From Nitrospirota bacterium (GTDB taxonomy: Bacteria; Nitrospirota; UBA9217): a stretch of 64,000 nt of DNA. The notes below the pieces were generated by a model. The model was not told the origin of the DNA. It worked only from the letters and a program-made list of their open reading frames with translations, and did not search any database. Position numbers and translations under genes: made by a program. Location: NCBI GenBank assembly GCA_035623825.1, contig DASPSR010000062.1, positions 1 through 64,000 on the forward strand, in the 5' to 3' direction. Below are positions 30,813-40,907 of the stretch, piece after piece (within the stretch, counting starts at the first letter, position 1; each line of letters begins with the position of its first letter).

Positions 30813-32123
30813 ATGACAACGCAAATAGAGAACGCCCGCAAAGGGCTTGTTACCGATCAGATGAAGGCTGTTGCAGCAGCAGAGAACGTGTCGATCGATT
30901 ACATCAAGACCACGATTGCGGAAGGGAAAATCGTGATCCCCTGGAACACGGTCAAGCGTCCCAAGGCCGTCGGCATCGGGAAGGGTCTCTGGACCAAGGT
31001 CAATGCCTCGATCGGAACATCGTCGGACATAATCGATTACGCCGGGGAAGTGCGGAAGGCAAAAACAGCCGTGGCAGCAGGCGCCGACACGCTCATGGAG
31101 CTTTCCGTGGGCGGCGATCTCGACCGGGTGCGGCGAGACGTGGTCGATGCGGTCGATATTCCCGTCGGCAATGTCCCTTTATACCAGGCTTTCTGCGAGG
31201 CAGGCAGGAAGTACGGCAATCCGAACAAACTGGACGAAGAAATGCTTTTCGACCTGATCGAGCGGCAGTGCGCTGACGGAATCGCGTTCATGGCCATCCA
31301 CTGCGGCATCAATCTCTACACCATCGAGCGGCTGAGAAAGCAGGGCTACCGGTACGGGGGGCTGGTGAGCAAGGGCGGCGTCAGCATGGTCGCCTGGATG
31401 ATCGCGAACAACAGGGAAAATCCGCTCTATGAAAAATTCGACCGTGTGGTCTCGATCCTGAGAAAATACGACGTAGTCCTTTCACTCGGCAACGGCCTTC
31501 GCGCAGGCGCGATCCACGATTCGTCCGATCGTGCGCAGATCCAGGAGCTGATCATTAATTGCGAACTTGCCGAAATAGGGAGGGACATGGGCTGTCAGAT
31601 GCTGGTCGAAGGGCCCGGACACGTGCCGCTCGACGAGGTTGAGGGAAATATCCAGCTTCAGAAACGGATGAGCGGCGGGGCTCCATATTACATGCTAGGT
31701 CCCATCTCCACCGACGTCGCCCCCGGATTCGATCATATTACAGCCGCTATCGGAGCGGCCCAATCCAGCCGCTTTGGAGCTGATCTCATCTGCTACATCA
31801 CTCCTGCAGAACACTTGGCACTCCCGAATGAGGATGATGTCCGAATAGGAGTGCAGGCAGCCAAGATCGCCGCATACATCGGGGACATGAACAAATACCC
31901 CGAGAAGGGAAGAGCTCGCGACATGGAAATGAGCAAGGCGCGAAGGGACCTCCTGTGGGAAAAGCAATTCCAGCTTGCGCTCTACCCCGAGGAGGCACGT
32001 GCGATCCGAAAGAGCCGCATGCCGGAGGAGGAAGATTCCTGCACCATGTGTGGGAGCTTCTGCGCCGCCAAAGGCGCGGGCAAACTTTTTGCCGAGGACT
32101 TGAAACAGAGCGTGAAGCTGTAA
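30813..32123 (+). CDS. bzaF: ThiC-family 5-hydroxybenzimidazole synthase (BzaF)
   Basis: KVNASIGTS, EGPGH, YITPAEHL, CTMCGSFC; B12 (not TPP) riboswitch upstream and linkage to cobT-bzaCDE. Confidence 0.85.
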   Translation: MTTQIENARKGLVTDQMKAVAAAENVSIDYIKTTIAEGKIVIPWNTVKRPKAVGIGKGLWTKVNASIGTSSDIIDYAGEVRKAKTAVAAGADTLMELSVGGDLDRVRRDVVDAVDIPVGNVPLYQAFCEAGRKYGNPNKLDEEMLFDLIERQCADGIAFMAIHCGINLYTIERLRKQGYRYGGLVSKGGVSMVAWMIANNRENPLYEKFDRVVSILRKYDVVLSLGNGLRAGAIHDSSDRAQIQELIINCELAEIGRDMGCQMLVEGPGHVPLDEVEGNIQLQKRMSGGAPYYMLGPISTDVAPGFDHITAAIGAAQSSRFGADLICYITPAEHLALPNEDDVRIGVQAAKIAAYIGDMNKYPEKGRARDMEMSKARRDLLWEKQFQLALYPEEARAIRKSRMPEEEDSCTMCGSFCAAKGAGKLFAEDLKQSVKL

Positions 32124-32142
32124 CATCCGGTTCAAAACCATT

Positions 32143-32212
32143 TTTCACGCAAAGGTGCAAAAACCCGGGACGTCACCGTGTTCTTAGCGCCTTTTGCGTG
32201 AAATGTTTTTTT
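32143..32212 (+). terminator. Long hairpin/terminator after bzaF
   Basis: tttcacgcaaagg...ccttttgcgtgaaa followed by T-run. Confidence 0.6.
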
Positions 32213-32334
32213 AGGGAATACGGGTCGCTTCTATCAAAGCAAAATTAAGGGCGCAAAAATAAAAGCAAGATGTGAATAATCAGTAAAAAGTATGCTTGGT
32301 TTTTATATTTAAAATCAGATATTTAATTATCGTC

Positions 32335-32386
32335 CACTCGTTTGGAGTGCGAGTGGTCGGCTGTCCAAATCGGCTCGCCACGACCA
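32335..32386 (+). repeat. Degenerate 3' half of tRNA-Pro (att-site copy 2)
   Basis: cactcgtttggagtgcgagtggtcggctgtccaaatcggctcgccacgacca; 42/47 identity to 9548-9594; T-loop mutated; hairpin terminator follows at 32393-32426. Confidence 0.8.
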
Positions 32387-32560
32387 TTTTTTAATCCATA
32401 ACGCATCATGCGTTATGGATTTTTTTATCTCTCTTGCGACTGCTGCATATGGCGGAGAGGGTCTCCCGGCAATCGTCACGTTCTTCCAGCATGATTGACA
32501 GCAGTGCCGCAATTATGTTATAAGACCGCACGGTAAGCTTTTGCCTTTTCTCGAGATATC

Positions 32561-33337
32561 ATGATACTCGTTACCAATGATGACGGGGTATTTTCACCCG
32601 GGATCCAGATCCTCGCCAAAAGACTGCGCGAGCTCGACAGCGTCGTTATCGTCGCGCCCGACCGCGAGCGCAGTGCGGTAGGACACTCCATGACCCTCCA
32701 CAGGCCGCTTCTGATCGAAGAGATCAAGGAATCGGTCTACAGCGTCAACGGCACCCCTACGGACTGCGTGAACATAGCGGTAAAAGGCCTCCTGAAGGAG
32801 ACGCCGCGGCTGGTGGTTTCAGGGATCAACAAGGGGCCGAACCTCGGCGACGATATCACGTATTCCGGCACGGTGGCGGGAGCGATAGAGGCTCGACTGC
32901 TCGGTGTGCCTTCCATCGCCGTTTCCCTCGCAGCACGGAACGATTTCCGTTTCGCCGAGGCAGCGGAAGTAGCTGCCCGCGCCGCCACCATGATATTCGA
33001 ACACGGCCTGATCGAGGGGACCCTCCTGAACATCAATGTCCCGAACCTCCCCATCCGGCAGATTCGCGGGACGGCCATCACCCGTCTGGGCAAACGCATC
33101 TACCACCAGATGACCGTTGAGCGAGTAGATCCAAGAGGCAAGCGGTATTACTGGATCGGCGGAGGAGAGCCTGACTGGGAACGGGAGCCGGGCACTGACT
33201 TCGATGCCATCGGCCGTGATATGGTCTCCATCACACCCCTCCACCTCGACCTCACGGATTATTCCTCCTTCGAGAAAATAAAAGCCATGGAAAGGATGGC
33301 GTACGCGGAGACGACCGTACGCAGGAGCGGTGATTGA
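32561..33337 (+). CDS. surE: 5'/3'-nucleotidase SurE
   Basis: ILVTNDDG, GTPTDC, SGINKGPNLG..ITYSGTV. Confidence 0.96.
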   Translation: MILVTNDDGVFSPGIQILAKRLRELDSVVIVAPDRERSAVGHSMTLHRPLLIEEIKESVYSVNGTPTDCVNIAVKGLLKETPRLVVSGINKGPNLGDDITYSGTVAGAIEARLLGVPSIAVSLAARNDFRFAEAAEVAARAATMIFEHGLIEGTLLNINVPNLPIRQIRGTAITRLGKRIYHQMTVERVDPRGKRYYWIGGGEPDWEREPGTDFDAIGRDMVSITPLHLDLTDYSSFEKIKAMERMAYAETTVRRSGD

Positions 33338-33978
33338 TCAATTACGAGAGCGAACGTAAGCGCATGGTGGACGAGCAGATCGTAGCCCGCGGCGTCAAGG
33401 ACCAGCGGGTGCTCGCGGCCTTGCGCAAGGTCCCGCGTCACGAGTTTCTGCCCGAGGCCATTCGCGACATGGCGTACGGCGACCATGCGCTTCCTCTCGG
33501 CGAAGGGCAGACCATCTCCCAGCCGTATATGGTTGCGGTCATGACCGAGCTCCTCAATCTCAAAGGCACGGAACGGGTCCTTGAGATCGGAACCGGCTCC
33601 GGTTACCAGTCTGCGGTGCTCGCTGAGCTGTGTGAAAAGGTCTATACGGTGGAGCGGATCAAGACGATCGCGGAAAAGGCCAGGACCACGCTGAACCGGC
33701 TCGGATATACAAGGGTGGCGATCAAGATCTATGACGGTACCTATGGGTGGAAGGAGATGGCCCCCTTCGATGCGATTATGGTCACGGCGGGCGCACCCGA
33801 TATACCGATGCCGCTCGTGGAACAGCTCCGCGATGACGGCCGGATGGTGATCCCGGTGGGAGAGAGGTATGGTCAGCTGCTCGTGAAGGCGGTCAAGACC
33901 GCAAAGGGAATGGTCATGGAGAAGAGCATTCCATGCATGTTTGTACCGCTCATCGGCAATCACGGATGGGACGAATAG
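33334..33978 (+). CDS. pcm: Protein-L-isoaspartate O-methyltransferase
   Basis: GQTISQPY, LEIGTGSGYQ, FVPL; surE-pcm synteny. Confidence 0.96.
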   Translation: MINYESERKRMVDEQIVARGVKDQRVLAALRKVPRHEFLPEAIRDMAYGDHALPLGEGQTISQPYMVAVMTELLNLKGTERVLEIGTGSGYQSAVLAELCEKVYTVERIKTIAEKARTTLNRLGYTRVAIKIYDGTYGWKEMAPFDAIMVTAGAPDIPMPLVEQLRDDGRMVIPVGERYGQLLVKAVKTAKGMVMEKSIPCMFVPLIGNHGWDE

Positions 33979-33986
33979 ACCTTGTC

Positions 33987-34583
33987 CTATCCCCCGTCTC
34001 GCTTTACGATCTCTTCGGTCCCCATTAACTGATACAGGAATGAGAGAGCCAGTCCTGTGACAGACCCCAGCAGGGCCCCCGCAAGAACATCAGACGGATA
34101 ATGAACCCCCAGATATATTCTTGAAAAGGATATGAGCGACGCGAGCAGCAGAGGATAGAGGCGCCATATGACCGCGATAAATTCCCTCGTCCGGTAAAAG
34201 AGGGGCAGCGCAACGGCGAAAGAACTCACCGCGTGACCGGATGGCATGGAGTACGAGTCCGGACACAAAACGATGAGCCGGAGTCCTTCGATTGCCTGGC
34301 ATGGCCTTACCCGAGCGAATGTCTGTTTTATCCAGTAGTCGGCCAGCTCGGCAAAGAGTAAAGCGCAACAGGAAATCACAAGGGCCGAGACCGCCGCTGC
34401 CAGGAACGTTTTCCCCTTATCGTTCCGAAGGTTCACTCCCTTCAGGAACATGGCGAGCACAAAGGGGATGACCAGGAGGTACCCGCGCTGGGAGAGAGCA
34501 GGCATCAGGATATCGAAAAAGGAATTCGCGGTACCGTGATTGACGAGGAGCAGGAGGTCAATGTCCAGGGATTGAACATTCAT
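33987..34583 (-). CDS. PAP2-family membrane phosphatase
   Basis: K...RVRP, SMPSGH, SRIYLGVHYPSDV. Confidence 0.92.
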   Translation of the reverse strand: MNVQSLDIDLLLLVNHGTANSFFDILMPALSQRGYLLVIPFVLAMFLKGVNLRNDKGKTFLAAAVSALVISCCALLFAELADYWIKQTFARVRPCQAIEGLRLIVLCPDSYSMPSGHAVSSFAVALPLFYRTREFIAVIWRLYPLLLASLISFSRIYLGVHYPSDVLAGALLGSVTGLALSFLYQLMGTEEIVKRDGG

Positions 34584-34647
34584 AGGCAGTCACGTCTGAA
34601 GACGACCGTGGTGAGCGATCTCTTAAGTTGCGGGCCGGATATTGCCG

Positions 34648-34986
34648 CTACCCGCTTCTCACGCAGCACTTAATGACGTTTGTGTCGCTCACTTCGATGA
34701 GCCCTTTCTCCACGATTGAGGTCACGTCCGGCAGGACATCGTTGACCATCTCTTCCGAGTCGACAACTTCTATCTTGACCGGAAGCGTGGTCGAGAGTTC
34801 GAGTATTTTAGCAGTATGGAATACGCCATCGCTTCCATAGCCTGCAATGCCCCGAAACACGCTGACGCCGGCTATCTTCCTTTTGTAAAAGACGTCCATC
34901 AGGACCTCATAGACCGGCTTGCCGTGGAATTTGTCCGCCTCGTCGATATAGATGGTAAGCTTTTTAGCTGGCCCGCTTTTGACCAT
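34648..34986 (-). CDS. DUF190 (PII-like) protein
   Basis: AGVSVFRGIAGYG, LPVKIEVVD; downstream of crcB. Confidence 0.9.
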   Translation of the reverse strand: MVKSGPAKKLTIYIDEADKFHGKPVYEVLMDVFYKRKIAGVSVFRGIAGYGSDGVFHTAKILELSTTLPVKIEVVDSEEMVNDVLPDVTSIVEKGLIEVSDTNVIKCCVRSG

Positions 34987-35180
34987 AATAGCTCCTTAAT
35001 ATGTAACGATAGACTGCAGGTCAGAGAAACAAGGAGGAAGGACCAAATTTCAAGATCCGAAGGCCAATCTCGTTCACGTGATCTCATGCCGACTTGGCTA
35101 ATGCAAGTGGGCCTCGTTTTTGACCTGGACTTGATTCTGGAGCTCGTATCCCTGGCTCTCCGTTACCCTCCGTGTTGGAA

Positions 35181-35552
35181 TCATACGATCTTCGCAATGA
35201 CCTCGCCGAGCTTTAAGGCAATGAAGCCAACAAGCACGCTCAAGAAAACGTTTAACCCTGCGTACAGCCACTCACCGTCGTTCAGGAGGGCGCCGGTCTC
35301 GTACTCAAAGGTGGAAAACGTCGTATAGGCGCCGAGAAAGCCCACGACCAGGAGCAGCCGCCACTGCGGGTTTTCCGTGAACCGCTCAGCCATCAAGGTC
35401 ATGAGCAGACCGATGAGAAAACTGCCGCTGACGTTGATGATAAAAGTGCCGAGGGGAAAGCTCCTGCCCCATCGCTGACCGATCCAGACAGCCAAAACAT
35501 AGCGGCTGATTGCGCCGACAAAGCCGCCGACGCCGATAATCAGATAATTCAT
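35181..35552 (-). CDS. crcB: Fluoride efflux channel CrcB/Fluc
   Basis: GGFVGAISRY, FPLGTF.INVSGSF, GFLGAYTTFSTF. Confidence 0.95.
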   Translation of the reverse strand: MNYLIIGVGGFVGAISRYVLAVWIGQRWGRSFPLGTFIINVSGSFLIGLLMTLMAERFTENPQWRLLLVVGFLGAYTTFSTFEYETGALLNDGEWLYAGLNVFLSVLVGFIALKLGEVIAKIV

Positions 35553-35893
35553 CGTTCCGATAACCTCGCGGATACGTTGCCAGATGCCGACCCACATGAA
35601 CAAGCCGGAGGCGATTATAGCTGCGATGTGCTGATAAGTCAATGTCCCGGATCCTTGAGAACACATTTTAGCCATATCCACCGGGGACACTATAGAGAGT
35701 TCCCGTAAGGGCTCAACCAGCGGGTTATATATAGCAAACAAGAGGCTAAAGAGCAAATAGAAAATCAACGCCTTGTATCCGGGACAGGGTTGCTAGAGGG
35801 TGTCCGGGTATGACGCATATCATAGAAATAATCTGTTATAAAGGAGTAAAAAGGTGTATAATTGAACTGGAATCATCAGAAAAGGAGACAATC

Positions 35894-36118
35894 ATGAAAG
35901 AAAAAGTCGAAGAGGCTATCAAAAAGGTACGTCCGGCGCTCCAGAGGGACGGCGGTGATATCGAGCTTGTGAGTGTCGATGAGAGCGGCGTTGTGAAGGT
36001 GCGGCTGAAAGGAGCCTGCGGTTCCTGCCCCATGTCTACGATGACGCTCAAGATGGGTGTTGAGAAGTTTCTGAAGCAGGAAATTCCGGCTGTGAAAGAA
36101 GTGGTTCAGGTAGCTTGA
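35894..36118 (+). CDS. NifU/NfuA C-terminal domain Fe-S carrier
   Basis: [23 protein letters not shown]. Confidence 0.92.
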   Translation: MKEKVEEAIKKVRPALQRDGGDIELVSVDESGVVKVRLKGACGSCPMSTMTLKMGVEKFLKQEIPAVKEVVQVA

Positions 36119-36347
36119 GCCGGCCAACTTGTATTTGAGAAACAAAAGGCTTTTCCCTGCAATCCGAACGCAATATCTTTCCGGCAAATGGGGGAGAGAA
36201 TTGAAGAAATGACCATTCTCTCCCCCATCCTGTACCAAACAGCAAACGAAGAATGCATTGACCATCCCGAGGCGCAGAAAACAGCCCTGACCGTTTCGTT
36301 TTGGAACAGAAAGGGCAATATAGCGCAGCTTGAAAACAAAATATTGC

Positions 36348-36376
36348 TTGACACATCTCTCGCGTTCTGCTATAAA
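36348..36376 (+). promoter_or_regulatory. Sigma70 promoter of rnf operon
   Basis: TTGACA-N17-TATAAA with extended -10 TG. Confidence 0.7.
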
Positions 36377-36444
36377 TTTTGCGGCTTTTTAGACATTCTC
36401 AAGTTGTCATTTCATTGTTGAAACATAACGGCAGGTGAAATAGA

Positions 36445-37779
36445 ATGGAAGCCACGACAATCAAGGCGCATGACACGTTCAGCGGGGGTGTGCATCCCGC
36501 CGGTAACAAGCAGCTTACAGCTCACAAGCCAACCGTCGCCGCAGCAATCCCCAAAAGAGCAGTCATCCCACTCAGCCAGCACATAGGAGCCCCCACCAAA
36601 CCACTCGTTGTCATCGGCCAGGAAGTGAAAAAGGGAGAGAAGGTAGGCGAGACCACCGGTTTTGTGTCCGCTCCTGTTCATGCCTCGATCTCCGGCAAAG
36701 TGGTCGCCATCGGCAGCTTCCCCCATACCCTCGGCGTAGACATGCCGTCGGTCGTGATCGAAAACGACGGGAAGGACGAGTGGATCGCCGGGCTGAAAGA
36801 AAATCCGGATTTCAGCCTTCTCAGCCCCGATGAGCTCAAAAAGCTTGTACAGGAAGCTGGCATCGTTGGCATGGGAGGGGCGACGTTCCCCACGCATGTG
36901 AAGCTCTCTCCTCCCAAGGAGAAGCCTATTGATGTCGTCATTCTGAACGGTGCCGAATGTGAGCCCTACCTGACGTCCGATCACCGGCTTATGCTTGAAA
37001 AGCCGAAGGAGATCGTTGAAGGCCTCAGGATCCTCATGAGGATCCTGAACGTCAGCAAAGGCTACATAGGCATTGAAGCCAACAAACCCGACGCGATCGA
37101 AACCATGACCAAAGCAGTCGCGGGCTCGCCGGAAATCAAGGTATGGCCCGTCAAGGTAAAGTATCCTCAGGGCGCCGAAAAGATGCTCATTAAGGCCATC
37201 ACAAACAGGACGGTTCCGGCGGGCGGTCTGCCCATGGATGTTGGCGTTGTCGTGCAGAACGTGGGCACTGCCGATGCCATCTATGACGCTGTTCGCCACG
37301 GCAAACCGCTCATTGAACGGTATGTTACCGTGACCGGCAGGGGGGTGAAGGACCCCAAGAACTTCCTCGTGCGGATCGGGACCCCGTTCTCTCAGCTCAT
37401 CGAGGAGGCAGGAGGCCTTACCGATACTGCGGCCAAGGTCATCGCCGGGGGGCCCATGATGGGCATGAGCCAGTATACCCTCGACGTTCCTGTGATCAAG
37501 GGAACCTCGGGCATTCTGGTTCTCCCGAAGTCCGAGGTCAGCACAAAATCATACGGCCCCTGCATCCGCTGCGCCCGGTGCATCGACGCATGCCCCATGA
37601 AGCTCCAGCCCTCTTTGATCGGTATTTATATTGAGAAGGGGCATTACGCAGACGCAAAAGATTATAATTTGATGGACTGCTTCGAGTGCGGTTCCTGCAC
37701 CTTCGTCTGTCCGGCGAACCGGCCGATGGTCCAGTGGGTGAAGAAGGCCAAGAAGGAACTGGCAAAGAAGAAGAATTAA
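36445..37779 (+). CDS. rnfC: Rnf complex subunit C
   Basis: GGVHP, QHIGAP, GMGGATFP, NGAECEPYL, two CxxCxxCxxxCP. Confidence 0.96.
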   Translation: MEATTIKAHDTFSGGVHPAGNKQLTAHKPTVAAAIPKRAVIPLSQHIGAPTKPLVVIGQEVKKGEKVGETTGFVSAPVHASISGKVVAIGSFPHTLGVDMPSVVIENDGKDEWIAGLKENPDFSLLSPDELKKLVQEAGIVGMGGATFPTHVKLSPPKEKPIDVVILNGAECEPYLTSDHRLMLEKPKEIVEGLRILMRILNVSKGYIGIEANKPDAIETMTKAVAGSPEIKVWPVKVKYPQGAEKMLIKAITNRTVPAGGLPMDVGVVVQNVGTADAIYDAVRHGKPLIERYVTVTGRGVKDPKNFLVRIGTPFSQLIEEAGGLTDTAAKVIAGGPMMGMSQYTLDVPVIKGTSGILVLPKSEVSTKSYGPCIRCARCIDACPMKLQPSLIGIYIEKGHYADAKDYNLMDCFECGSCTFVCPANRPMVQWVKKAKKELAKKKN

Positions 37780-37904
37780 GTGACGCAGTCATCGGATTCC
37801 GCCTCAACCCCGAATATCCAGGATTTTCTGATTATCGGCATTCCGAAGTGCAACATCATTCGGGATGAAGATACCAGGGAACTTATCAAATAGGAGTTTA
37901 CGCG

Positions 37905-38942
37905 ATGGATGCAGCAGTGACCCCAAAGGAACCACAGAAAAGCCAGCCCCAGCTGATCGTTTCCATCGGGCCTCACATGCGGGCTGAGGAGGACACGGCC
38001 AAGATCATGTGGACCGTGAGCGGGGCACTCCTTCCCGCGACGCTCATGTCCGTGTATTATTTCGGCTTGCCGGCGATCATGGTCATACTCGTCTGTCTTG
38101 CAACGTCCCTCCTGGCGGAAGCAGGCATGCAACGGTTGCTGAAGAAGCCCATTACCCTTTCAGACGGGAGCGCGTTCCTGACAGGCCTGCTGCTTGCCTT
38201 GAACCTTCCCGCAAATACTCCGCTCTACATCCCGTTCATCGCATCCATCGTGGCCATCATCATCGCGAAGCAACTTTTCGGCGGCCTCGGCTACAATATC
38301 TTCAACCCCGCGCTTGTCGGACGAGCCTTCGTCCTGATCAGCTTTGCCAAGACCATGACCACCTTTATTGCTCCAGCCAAGACCTTCATGGCCATAGACG
38401 CCAAGACCACCGCTACTCCATTGGTCGTTCTCAAAGAAGAAGGGATGTCGAAGCTCCTTGAGATCTACCACACGAAAGCTGCCCTGTACCAGGATCTCTT
38501 CCTCGGAAACCGGGCCGGGTCTCTCGGAGAAACCTCGGTGATCGCGATCCTGCTTGGCGCTGCGTTTCTGCTCATGAAGCGGTATATCACCTGGCACATA
38601 CCCATTCCCTTTATCGCCACGGTCGGCGTTCTTACCTGGATCTTCGGCGGCAAGGAAGGTCTTATGACCGGTGATCCAATCCTGCACATGATGTCCGGAG
38701 GCCTGATCCTCGGAGCGTTCTTCATGGCAACCGACTATGTGACCGGTCCGTCGATCCGAAGCGCCCAGGTGGTTTTCGGCATATGCTGCGGGATCCTCAC
38801 GACGCTCATACGCCTTAAAGGCGGCTACCCCGAGGGCGTGATGTTCGCCATCCTTCTCATGAACTGCTTTGCGCCCCTCCTTGACCGAGGCATGAGGAGC
38901 CCTGTCTTCGGCAAGGTCGAGGCCAAGGGGGTGAAGAAATGA
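37905..38942 (+). CDS. rnfD: Rnf complex subunit D
   Basis: KQLFGGLGYNIFNPA, DAKTTATPL, GSLGETS, FFMATD. Confidence 0.96.
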   Translation: MDAAVTPKEPQKSQPQLIVSIGPHMRAEEDTAKIMWTVSGALLPATLMSVYYFGLPAIMVILVCLATSLLAEAGMQRLLKKPITLSDGSAFLTGLLLALNLPANTPLYIPFIASIVAIIIAKQLFGGLGYNIFNPALVGRAFVLISFAKTMTTFIAPAKTFMAIDAKTTATPLVVLKEEGMSKLLEIYHTKAALYQDLFLGNRAGSLGETSVIAILLGAAFLLMKRYITWHIPIPFIATVGVLTWIFGGKEGLMTGDPILHMMSGGLILGAFFMATDYVTGPSIRSAQVVFGICCGILTTLIRLKGGYPEGVMFAILLMNCFAPLLDRGMRSPVFGKVEAKGVKK

Positions 38943-39529
38943 AGGACATAATCAAGATAACCATGCCTCTTGTCCTGATTTTCGTCGCCGCCGGTGTTAT
39001 CATGGCAGTGACCTACAAGTATACCTACCCCGTCCGGTTTCAGGCGGAGAAACAGGAGAAGGAAGAGGCCCTGAAGGAGATGGCGCCTGCCGCGACCGAT
39101 CCCATAAAGCCGGCAGGCACGTGGACCGTCAACAACAAACCCTACGAGTACTATCAGGCGACCGCCGGCGGACATCCGGTAGCCTACATCGCGAGCACTG
39201 CAGGCAAGGGGTATTCGAGCTTCATTCAGATGCTCGTGTCTCTGACCCCCGATATGAAGATCAGCGAAGTCAAGGTCCTCGATATGAATGAGACCCCGGG
39301 CCTCGGGGACCAGGTCCTGGAAAAGAGTTTTCTCGACCAGTTTAAGGGCAAAGGTCTTTCACAGATCGTCCTGATCAAGGGTGAGACCAAGGAAAACATC
39401 CAGGCAATATCCGGTGCCACCTATTCGAGCCGCGGCGTTACAAACGGCGTCAAAGACGCCGTTCAGACGCTCGTTGAAAAGTACGGCGCAGGCGTCAGAG
39501 CTGCTGTCGCACAGGGGGTGACGAAGTGA
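38939..39529 (+). CDS. rnfG: Rnf complex subunit G
   Basis: ETPGLG, ISGATYSS FMN site. Confidence 0.94.
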   Translation: MKDIIKITMPLVLIFVAAGVIMAVTYKYTYPVRFQAEKQEKEEALKEMAPAATDPIKPAGTWTVNNKPYEYYQATAGGHPVAYIASTAGKGYSSFIQMLVSLTPDMKISEVKVLDMNETPGLGDQVLEKSFLDQFKGKGLSQIVLIKGETKENIQAISGATYSSRGVTNGVKDAVQTLVEKYGAGVRAAVAQGVTK

Positions 39530-40158
39530 GCAATGAATTAAGCTTGGGGAAACTTTTTAAAAACGGCATTTTTGGCGAGAATCCGGTGTTCAGGCTCGCG
39601 CTTTCCCTTTGCCCGGCCGTGGCCGTCACGAGCGGCGTGAAAAACGGGTTTCTCATGGGTGTCGCTGTGCTGTTCGTCATGACCATGACGAACGTGACGG
39701 TTTCCCTCTTGAGGAACTTCATCAATCCCAAAATCCGCATTCCTGCCTACGTGTTTATCACCGCGACCTGGGTCACGGTGATCGATCAGGTGATGTCCGC
39801 TTACCAAAGGGCGGTGTACAAAGAAATGGGCCTCTATATCATGCTCATCGTCGCCTTCGCCATCATCCTGTCGCGCGCTGAGATGTTCGCAAGCAAGAAC
39901 AAGCTCTTGCCGTCGTTCGTCGACGGGGTAGGGATGGGAGTGGGGTTTCTCCTTGCCTTAGTGATGCTCGGTATATTCAGGGAGTTTCTGGGCAAGGGGT
40001 CGCTCTGGAACGTTCACATCCTGCCCGCTAAACCTCTGCTCATCATGATCATGCCGACGGGCGGTTTTTTCGCCATGGGCCTCATGATGGGCTGGCTCAA
40101 CTGGATCGACCGCAAGTTCTTCGGCGGCACGGGGGGTGGCGGAGGGGGGCATCATTAA
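39526..40158 (+). CDS. rnfE: Rnf complex subunit E
   Basis: ENPVF..LSLCP..AVT, IRIP, REFLG. Confidence 0.93.
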   Translation: MSNELSLGKLFKNGIFGENPVFRLALSLCPAVAVTSGVKNGFLMGVAVLFVMTMTNVTVSLLRNFINPKIRIPAYVFITATWVTVIDQVMSAYQRAVYKEMGLYIMLIVAFAIILSRAEMFASKNKLLPSFVDGVGMGVGFLLALVMLGIFREFLGKGSLWNVHILPAKPLLIMIMPTGGFFAMGLMMGWLNWIDRKFFGGTGGGGGGHH

Positions 40159-40243
40159 ACGATCAAATCCTGATTTCGAATTTCAAGGTTCCCATTATGC
40201 CCGGCTTCGATAACGGATTTCAGGATTTTTCCCGGAGGATATC

Positions 40244-40828
40244 ATGTGGCAGCACGTCCTGACAATATTCATCGCTTCGGCACTCATTAACAATTTCGTA
40301 TTCTCCCGCTACCTCGGTCTCTGCATCTTCTTCGGCGTAACGAAAAGGATGGAGACGGCGATAGGCATGAGCTTTACGTTCACCGCCGTCATGCTTGTCG
40401 AGGCGGTCCTCAACTGGGCCATCTACAACTATGTCATGACCCCCTATCACCTGGGATTCCTGAAGATCGTGATCTTCATAGGAACGGTCGCCGCTTTCGT
40501 CCAGGCGGCGGACACCATCATGAAGAAGGTCGCTCCGGCACTGTACTATAAGCTCGGCATTTACCTCGCTTTGATTGTTACGAACTGCATAATCCTAGCT
40601 GTCCCTCTCATCAACGCGGATGAAAATTACACTCTGTTCGAAAGCATGGGGCTGGCAGTGGGATCCGGTCTCGGTTTCAGCCTGGCACTCACGATCATGG
40701 CGAGCATTCGGGAAAAACTCGAGCTGGCCGATGTGCCCAAGTCGTTCCGGGGGTTGCCGATATCCTTCGTCCTGACCGGGCTGATCGCCCTGGCATTTCT
40801 GGGGTTCTCGGGGATGATCACGCTGTAG
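40244..40828 (+). CDS. rnfA: Rnf complex subunit A
   Basis: NNFVFSRYLGLC, LGIYLALIVTNC, MASIRE. Confidence 0.94.
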   Translation: MWQHVLTIFIASALINNFVFSRYLGLCIFFGVTKRMETAIGMSFTFTAVMLVEAVLNWAIYNYVMTPYHLGFLKIVIFIGTVAAFVQAADTIMKKVAPALYYKLGIYLALIVTNCIILAVPLINADENYTLFESMGLAVGSGLGFSLALTIMASIREKLELADVPKSFRGLPISFVLTGLIALAFLGFSGMITL

Positions 40829-40907
40829 AAATAAACTCCGCCACAAAGTAACCGGGTCAGGGAGCCGATGCCCGGTATCCTAGTGGCGAAAATGAAGGTA
40901 AAGACAA

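Larger units (their letters stand above)
9595..32386. mobile_element. ~23 kb genomic island at tRNA-Pro (no integrase visible)
   Basis: Flanked by direct tRNA-Pro 3' fragments (42/47 identical); AT-rich margins; housekeeping surE-pcm starts right after. Confidence 0.7.

Noticed and set aside
30813-32123. Thiamine biosynthesis thiC
   Set aside because: Cobalamin rather than TPP riboswitch, and cobT/bza context, favour bzaF; needs HMM confirmation
35553-35800. Fluoride riboswitch upstream of crcB
   Set aside because: Consensus could not be identified by eye; an Infernal scan would settle it
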